Part shown: positions 51,001 to 60,000 of the stretch, piece after piece
Layout of the letters: each line of letters starts with the position of its first letter
Position numbering within the stretch: position 1 is the stretch's first letter
Assembly (NCBI RefSeq): GCF_032191835.1
Contig: NC_083236.1
Location: forward strand, 53,196,001 to 53,260,000
Direction of reading: 5' to 3'
DNA length: 64,000 nt
From: Heteronotia binoei
Taxonomy: Eukaryota
Made by a program: the position numbers and the translations under genes
Notes under the pieces: generated by a model
Database searches by the model: none
What the model was told of the DNA's origin: nothing
The model's input: only the letters and a program-made list of their open reading frames with translations

Positions 51001-54000
51001 GGGTTGACTGAGGAAGGCGGGGTTTGGGAACAGAAGGAACTCCAATGGGGTATGATCAGGGGTGGAATTCTATCAGGAGCTCCTTTGCATATTAGGCCAC
51101 ACACCCCTGATGTAGCCAATCCCCCAAGAGCTTACAAGGCTCTTTTTTGGTAAGCTCTTGGAGGATTGGTTGCATCAGGGGTGTGTGGCCTAATATGCAA
51201 AGGAGCTCCTGATAGAATTCCACTCCTGAGTATGATGCCATAGAATCCACCTTCCAAAGCAACCATTTTCTCCAGGGGAGTTGTTCTTTGTTGCCTGGAC
51301 ACCAGCTGTAATAGTGGCAGATCTCCAGCCACTACCTGGAGGTTTGGCAACCCTACTAGAGGACCAGGTTCTATTCCAGTTCAGTTACTGCAAAGATGCT
51401 GTACCAAAATCTCCGACCCTATAGAAAATGTATGATTCAAGAGATACCACCGTAACAACACACTTTTAACACCCGCGCATTTGTTTCTTTTTACAGCAAC
51501 CAACCTTGTCTGATATGACGATGTACGAAATGAACTTTTCCCTTCTGGTGGAGGACATGTTACAAAACATTGATCAACCTGAATACCGGCAAATAATCGT
51601 AGAGGTTGGTAAGATTTTATGTTGAAAAATATGAATTAAATATTTCATGTTTCATTTGGAGGAGCAAGGATGTTCAAGGACTATCACAATAGAGGCATTT
51701 CAAACTATGTGTTTATTTATGGTATTTGTACCCTGCTTATATATCAATATTATATATTATACCCTTTTATATCAATATTAGCTCAAAAGTGAGCACTCCC
51801 ATATTGCGATCACTCAGATAGACTATAATTTCATTCGCGTAATATTTACCTGTTATATTTTTATCTTGCTCTTCTGCCAGAGATCTCAGTTTGCCAAAAA
51901 GCATCCTAAGGGATTGCCATCACAAAAAATATATATCAAAATAGTTTGCTGTATTGCAAAATGTATATAAATAATTGAGTTGGTGATATTCAACACAGAA
52001 GCAGCATTCAATATAGTGCTCACATGCACCATGAAGTGCTCACAGGCATCTAGCATGAAAGCATGGAACAATGTGTGAAACTTAATGAACAGCTTGAGTG
52101 CTGAAATGGTAACACTGTAATCCCAATAAGCATCAGTCTAATAACAAGTACAAATCACAAAGGAATACAGTGACAAGCTGCACTAAGGCAGAAATTAATA
52201 AACACAACTGAACAGCAATAAGACCCCCATTGCAGTGTTTCAGTTTCTCCTCAGTCAGTTGCGGTGTTTCAGTTTCTTTTCATCAGTTGCAGTTTTCATC
52301 TAGCTTGTGCAAGGATGTCAAACTAATTTCTTATGAGGGCTGAATCTGACATAAATGAGACCTTGCCGGGCCGGGCCATGTGCTTACCTATTCAAGATTA
52401 GGTAGCAGAGATATAAACTTTATAATGAACTCAGACAAACACAATTAAAGATTTTTTAAAATTAAAAAAAATCCTTAAAATAAAACATGCTTAAAACATT
52501 AGCACTCATTGGTCTTAAAGGTGCTTTCTTTGTATCTCTCCCATGGGATCTGGAGAACTGGGCAAAGGAAGCTCTGGCTCTTTCCCTCCTTTTCCAGGGG
52601 ACCAGGAGAGAGAAGAGCCTCAATCAATGGAGAAAACAGACGTTTTGCTCTGTAGCTCCTGTTCAGTTGAGCAAGTCTGGCAAAGCAAGCTGTTATGCAG
52701 AAGGAAGCAAGAGAGAGGGAGAAGGAAGCAGATGACAGCCAGTTGCTTGGGGGCCTAATAGGAGCCCTCCAGAGGCCTGATTTGGCCCCCAGGCCACATG
52801 TTTGACACCCCTGATCTAGCAGGCTGCTTCACTGAAACCCAATTTCAGCATCTCTACATTTCAGACATAAGTTCACAGCATAGTAATGGAATCCTCTGAG
52901 AAAGAGTGACTGACCCAGGGGGACTCAGTGACCTTCATTTAGTGTAGAACATCCTTTTGAAATGCCAGTCTTGTGATGTGAAAAGAAGAACAGAAGAATA
53001 GCCCAGCTGGATCAGACCATCTAGTCCACCATCCTGTCTCATACAGTAGCCAACTGGTTCCTATGAAGGTCCAGCAACAGAGACTAAGATCTTCCTCTAT
53101 GTTGCTGTTGGGGGATTTCTATTGTACCCCCAACAATAGAAAACCCCCAAACCAAAACATGCAGTTACCAAAACAACTTGCAGTTATCAGAAGGCTAATA
53201 CATACTCACTAATAAGTTTTAGGACCTCGTAGATAAACTTTCTTAGACTCCATGTTTAGAAAGGCAAACAGTTTCTTCTTTAGACAGAAGGCTTCAAATG
53301 GATAGAAAACAAAGCCGTTAGATAAACTTAGTATATTTCAGTTTTTCCTTTAGATAGAAGGCTTAAAATATACGGATAGAAAACAAAACAGAAAACAGCT
53401 ATACAGTTAGAATTCAGTCAAGCATAAAACACAACATACAATAAAGCAGAGATCATAATGAAAAATATAAGTCCCAAAAGCAACAGGGACTTTACTGTAT
53501 TGGTCTACATTTTCTCATTTTAAATCTAGGTCCCAAGCCTTAGTTTTAGACCATAGAGCTATACTCTATAGTCTAAGGTTGAGCATTAAGCTGTGTTTGA
53601 GCATTTATACTATGTTTGAGGCCCCAAACAGGAGATAATTTAAAATCAGCAAAGGCTGTCTCTCCTCTTAGGTTGTCCAGCAGAGAAACTGTCTCTGCAA
53701 AGCAATCCAAGAGTCTAAGTTCCGATTAGCTTGGCATGATCTGACACAGAGGCAGTGTAGCAAAACTCTACTGCAGATCAGCAGCTTGTGCCCAAAAATC
53801 CACAGCTTTTAAAGGCTCCAACTGATCTCGTATCATATCTACTGGGTCACAGCTGTGCCTTACTGTAAACAATTTCACAGCCAAATATAAATAATCAGAG
53901 CCCAGATTGTCCTTAGTTTACTTTCACCTTCAACCCACTTTGTAGCAGGCTTCCTCCATCTTGTTTCCTGCCATACCAAATAAGGACCCAACCCAAATAT

Positions 54001-57000
54001 GGTCTTCCTGCTTGAAGAGGCAGCTTGAACTCTTACCCACTAACCTAAATTTCCCTAAGACTGAAAGTGTGCTCTATCAGACCTCTAGTGACCAAATCCC
54101 ATAACTGCAGCAAAGATGGTTGAGAGAGCCAACTTAAAAAAAAAAAATAACGTTTGAAGAGCTTAGTGCCCGTTTCATAAGAGACCCAACCCAAAATTCT
54201 GCGACAGTTGCCTCCTAACATTGGGATTCAGAGGATTAGTGCCCCTGATTGTGGAGGTTCCTTTTAGTCACCATGGCTAGTAGCCACTGATAGACCTGTC
54301 CTCCACGAAATCATCTCATCCCCCTTTAAAGTCATCTGTACCTGTGGCCATCACTGCCTCTTCTGGCAGCAAATTCCGCATTGGTTGTGGCATAAGGTAG
54401 AGTGATGGTATTTGTAGGAGAAATCAAGTCCCACCAAGGACATGTACCGTTCTTGGAGACACCAAAAAGATCTCTCTGGATGGCCCCTGTTATTGTGTTG
54501 GGGTTTTTTTCCCATTTCCAACATTTATTTGTGTTCAAGACAACCAGCAACATTGGTTTATTTAGTACATTTTTTAATCTCACCTTTCTTCCATGGAGCT
54601 CAGAGCAACAGATTCCATTTTACCCATACATCCCTGTGAGAGAGGCATAATTGACCCAAGGTCACGCAGCAAGCTTCATGAGTGAGTTTGAATTTGGGTC
54701 TCCGAGGTTCTATTCAAGACTCTAACCATCAGCACCACACTGGTACAAATCCATAAACACAAAATTCAGGGGAAACTACGAGACAGGTATTCAAGATCAA
54801 TTCAAGTGATTTAACAACAGGGCTCTAAAAAATCCTGTATTCTGTTCATCCAAAAAAGCCTGCTGTAGAACATCACACCATTCATATATGCAGTAAAATC
54901 CAGTTCAAAGAGAACGGCTTTTAGAATCGCTGCAAAGCTGTATGAAGAAGAGGCAATTCCATAAAGCAGGAATGGTAGACAATTCCATGAAGTAGGTATG
55001 GATGCTGTTCTCACCTGGAAGCGGGAAGGAACCATCAATAGATAATGTTGAGCAGGGTTGGACGCAGTGACTTCTCTTCCAGTAAGTTAGACCCAGTGAC
55101 TCTTTTCTACTCATTTTTCTGTTGCTGGAATAAGTCTTAGCCAAAGAGAGTCCTTGCATCCATCCTAAAGACTTAGGAAATGTACAAGAAATTTGCGGGG
55201 AGGGAGCGTTCCCCTGCCTGTCTTTTTTCTGCCCCCATTCCTTATCTGTCAATCTTCCCTACTTCCTCCTCCCCCCACCCTTCTCTGTCAGTCTACCTCA
55301 CTCTTTTTCTCTCCCACTCTCATCTCTAGGAAACCCTGTCTCCCCTCACCCCTTTTATGTCAGTGTCCCTCGCCTCCATCCTTTCTCAGACAGTGTCTCC
55401 TCTCTCTTTCCTTCACCCAGGGCCGTAGCCAAGATTTAAAAATCCAGGGAGCTTTTTAAAAAGTCAGGGGGCACCCTTTCCCATCCACTGTGGGGCTTGC
55501 CGCTTCTCAGAAGCTTTCTGGAGTAGGGGCAAAAGTTGGAGACTCTGAATGTGGCCAAGTCAGGGCAGCCAGCCCTAAAATTTTGGGCTCAAGAAGGGAC
55601 TGCAGCTTGTGTGCAAGCAGGGGGGTTCCCTTCCACCTCCCTCTCCCCCATCTCAGCACTTTGCAGCCAGCAGCTCCATCTTTCACCCCCTCCCTGGCCC
55701 ATTCCACATGGCTTCTTCTCCCTCACGCTTCTCCACCTGCTGCTTTTGCTGTTGCAGTGCACTGTGCCCTGCTCAGCTCTCCTGACTCCGGCTGACACTG
55801 ATGACATGTCAAAAATGGAGGAAAAGCAAGCTGTGCCCCAGACTTGGGGATCGGGGGCCCTACCTGGAAGTGTGGGGGCAGTGCCCCCACAGGCCCCCCT
55901 GTGACTATAGACCTGCCTCCACCCCTTCTTGATCAGCTCCCTCTTTCTCTCCCCTTCCTTCCTTTCTTTTCATCTTCCATCAGACAGTCTCCCACTTCTT
56001 TCTGTTTCTCTTCTGCCTCCCTCAAACAAATCCCCTCTTCTTTTTCCCTACCTTTGAGCCTGGCCTGGGAGCCAAACCAAGCCCATAGTCTCTCCTGGTA
56101 TCCACCACCACTGAGCCTGGACAGGCTGCCTAAAGCCAGGCCAGAGCAGCTCCTTGTGGCAGCTGCCGACAGCTCTGTAGGTAAGTGTGTTCTCTGCACA
56201 TGCACAGACAACACTGTTTTATTGGAGAGGGATTTAACTCCCCCTTGTTTTTAAAAAAAGGTTTTCATATATTTATGCAAATCTGGGGAGTCCCTCGAGT
56301 TTGAAGAACCAGGGGTGTGGAGCTCATTAGCATAACTCATAAGTGGTGGAGCTCATTAGCATAATTCATTATGCTAAATAGAGATCCAGCCAGCCCAAGT
56401 AGGCCTCGCTCACTTGGGGCTCTCCTTGGCTCCCCCTCCCCAGTCAAAAGGCCAGCAAGCCATCCATCACCCAAAATCCCATAAGAAGCGGAGAAAGGGT
56501 GGCGCAGGCTTCTCCAGGGGTTAATGAAGGCTTCTGGGGGTGTGGCAAAGCTCCTGGTGGCTGGCTGGCTGCCCACTCTCCTAATCCAGGGATTTTTATG
56601 CAGCTGCACCTACAATTCAATGGACAAGGTGGGGAGGGGGGCATCAGAAAGGTTCAGGAGCTGTACTCCTGTGAAATCCTGCTGAATTCAAGGCCTGTGC
56701 AGAACTATCTGTTTGGGATAAGAGCGGCCCCAATCTGTGAATTTAGGTATCCACAGATGGGGGCTACATTTGAGAAATAGATATCTAGATGTGCTGATAC
56801 AAAGAGAAGATGATATTACGTCTGTGTTTGTTGCAAAAGCTGTGGATTTTTAAAAAGCGATTTGTTGCATTATTGGGGCTACAAATCAAATACGGCATTA
56901 TCAATAGCAAGATTATGTTGTTTCACATCAAAATAAAACTGTCTCTTGTTATCCATAATGGGTGCATAAATTAGAAAAATAAAGAGAAAAAGGCAGGCAG

Positions 57001-60000
57001 ATCAAAGGAAGTGGAAAGATAATGAAGAAAAAACATTGTTACAAATGTAAATGACTTTTGCATTCTTTTTGTGTTTCAACCCCACAAACGTTTCTATTTG
57101 CCAGTAATTATGCCTTTTATCTAGTCTCTAGCTATGGTTATTACTCCGTCAATTCATTACAGTAATGTTTTTAATGTTCTTCTACCTTAATTAATTTCTA
57201 GCATATTTTGTGCAGTAGATGAACAAGTTCCAACCTAAAGCATTTACGCACTAAATTCTTCCATGGAAATCAGTGGGGCTTGAAGTGTTTAACTGCGGCT
57301 GGATCGTGCCCTGTGACAAGTGTCACTAGCATTAACTTTTATTTCCATTTTTAATTATGGGTTCAATCGGCTAATTTCCATTATAATGCATTATGCTTTT
57401 ATACGGGTAGGTCTTGAAAAGGCCATGAAAAGATCGTTGTGTTTGAATATCTTCCCTCCCCCCTCTTTTTTTTTTTTTTTTTTGCTTTAGTTGTTGATGG
57501 TTGTCTCTGTGATTCTGGAAAGAAACCCGGAATTAGAGTTTCAGGATAAAGTGGACTTGGACAAACTGGTGAAAGAAGCATTTCTTGATTTCCAGAAGGA
57601 CCAGAGCAGACTCAAAGGAACTGAAAAACAAGTAAGTGCAACAGCAGCGGTAGAAAGTGCAGTCAGGTTGCAGCCAACTCAAGACAACCCCATAGGGTTT
57701 TCAAGACAAGAGACAAACTGCGGCGCTTTGCCGTTTCCTGCCCCTGCATAGCAACCTTGAACATATATGAACATATGAAGCTGCCTTATACAGAATCAGA
57801 CCTTTGGTCCATCAAAGGCAGTATTGTCTTCTCAGACTGGCAGCAGCTCTCCAGGGTTGCAAGCTGAGGTTTTTCACACCTATTTGCCCGGACCCTTTTT
57901 AGTTGGAGATGCCAGGGATTGAACCTGGGACCTTTTGCTTCCCAAGCAGATGCTCTACCACTGAGCCACTGTCCCTCCCCAACTTCCTTAGTGGTCTGCC
58001 ATCCAAGTGGGGCCGGCTCTAGACTGTCTGGCATCCTAGGCCAGGCTAACGTTTGGTGCTCCCCCCACCACTGATAACATCACCAAGCCACATGGGGTAC
58101 CCAATTTGGTGCCCAGGAGGTCGGCGCCCTAGACAATCACCTAGTCTGCATAGTGGCAGGACTGGCCCTGCATCCAAGCACTAATCAGCTGACCCTGAGC
58201 TTCTGAGATTCGACGAGTCGGACCAGCCTGAGCCATCTAGGTGATGGCAGTAGTTGCAATACTCATTCCAAAGTTACAGATTTTCTTGACTTGAATGAAC
58301 AAAGCTGGAACTTGCAGCAGTTGTGCTTTAACACTCAGCCCCTCCTTAGTTAATGTTGCAGGGTGATTGAAGAGACTTTTGTGGCATAAGTAGCTCCTAT
58401 GTGCTGTCGGTTTCCTGTGGAATACCAAACCTCTTAGAGGATCTTCAGGAAAGAATTAAACATTTCTCCATCATGCTCATGCATTTGTGTGAGTTGATAC
58501 TTGACTCATCCCCGAAGTCTCTTATTACCTTCATGAACACATTTTGTATGCCTGTCCACCTGCTGACTTCCCATATGACCTTATAGGCAGATTCTTCCTT
58601 CATAGTACTCTCAAGAGGCCGGAAGTGGGTCTCAACATGTCTTAATACGTATTGGGATAAAGCTCCCATGTGACACCTGAATGGCATCACGAGTGTCTCT
58701 TTCATCCCAAAGACCTTGGTAGCAAACTCTCCTTTATAGGGTTGCCAACCTCCATTGGAGAGTTCCTAGAATTACAACTGATCTCCAGATAACAGAGGTC
58801 AGTTCCCCAGGAGAAAATGGCTGCTTTAGAGGGTGGAGTGTATGGTATCATACCCTGCTGAGCTCTGCCCTTCAAGCCTCCATGAATTTCCCAACCTTGC
58901 TTTCCAATAATAATTTTTAATTTATATCCCACCCTCCCCGCCGAAGCAGGCTCAGGATGGCTCCAAGCAGTGAGGCTGAGTCTGGGCTCATGCCGCAACT
59001 GTGAGCAAACAGATTGAGGATGCCGTACAAGTTTGCAGAGCGGTTGAAAGCCATAGCTTCACCCCAAGAGCCCTTGGAAGCATGCCATTGGGTGGTAATG
59101 GCTCTGGATGAAGTGGACACCTGCTCTCTTGCAAGTCCTTTCGTCTTCTTTCCTTCTCCTCTGGCGATGCTTGTCCACTGTCCTCTCCATCGATTTTTAT
59201 CTCCTCTTTGCAGAACTCTTTTAAAAAGGTAAAGGTAGTCCCCCGTGCAAGCACCAGTCCTTTCCGACTCTGGAGTGATGTTGCATCGTGACGTCTTCAT
59301 GGCAGACGTTTTATGGGGTGGTCTGCCATTGCCTTCCCCAGTCAGCTACACTTTCCCCCCAGCAAGCTGGGTACTCATTTTACCGACCTCAGAAGGATGG
59401 AAGGCTGAGTCAACCTTGAGCCAGCTACCTGAACCCAGCTTCCTCCGGGATCAATCTCAGGTCGTGAGAGGAGCTTAGGACTGCAGTACTGCAACTTTAC
59501 CACTCTGCGCTATGGGGCTGCATTTGCAGAACTCTTTATCCAATGCGAAAGCCACTTAGTGATGCAGGAAACTGTAACACTTCCATTACCATGATTGCAT
59601 TTGGCTAATCTCCTTGCTTGAGAACAGTTGCAGCCTGGTGACTCGTATCTCTATCGGATGAAGGGAGCTTTGGCTCTCGAACACTAATACATGCCCCCCC
59701 CCCCCCCCCCCAAATCATGTTGTTCTCTAAGGTGCCACTGAATTCAAATCTAGCTCACCATGAAAACAGCAACTTGAAATACTATAGAAAAAGTGGCAGT
59801 GCTTCACCATGGTGTAAAGCCCTTGTTTCAAGCAGCTTCCTTTTCCTGATTGAAGTTATGGTGGGCAGCGTTCTTTTCTGAACGCACAGAGCGAATCCTT
59901 CACAAAGTGTGCACCCTTCAATTCACTCGCCTTTTTCTCTCTCTGAAAAAGCTTTTCTGTCCGTACTTCTTTCTGCCCTCCTCCCCCCTTCAAAGAAAAA

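Noticed and set aside
58445-58705. Possible RT remnant ([25 protein letters not shown])
   Set aside because: Only faint resemblance to RTE RT; not supportable without a profile search.
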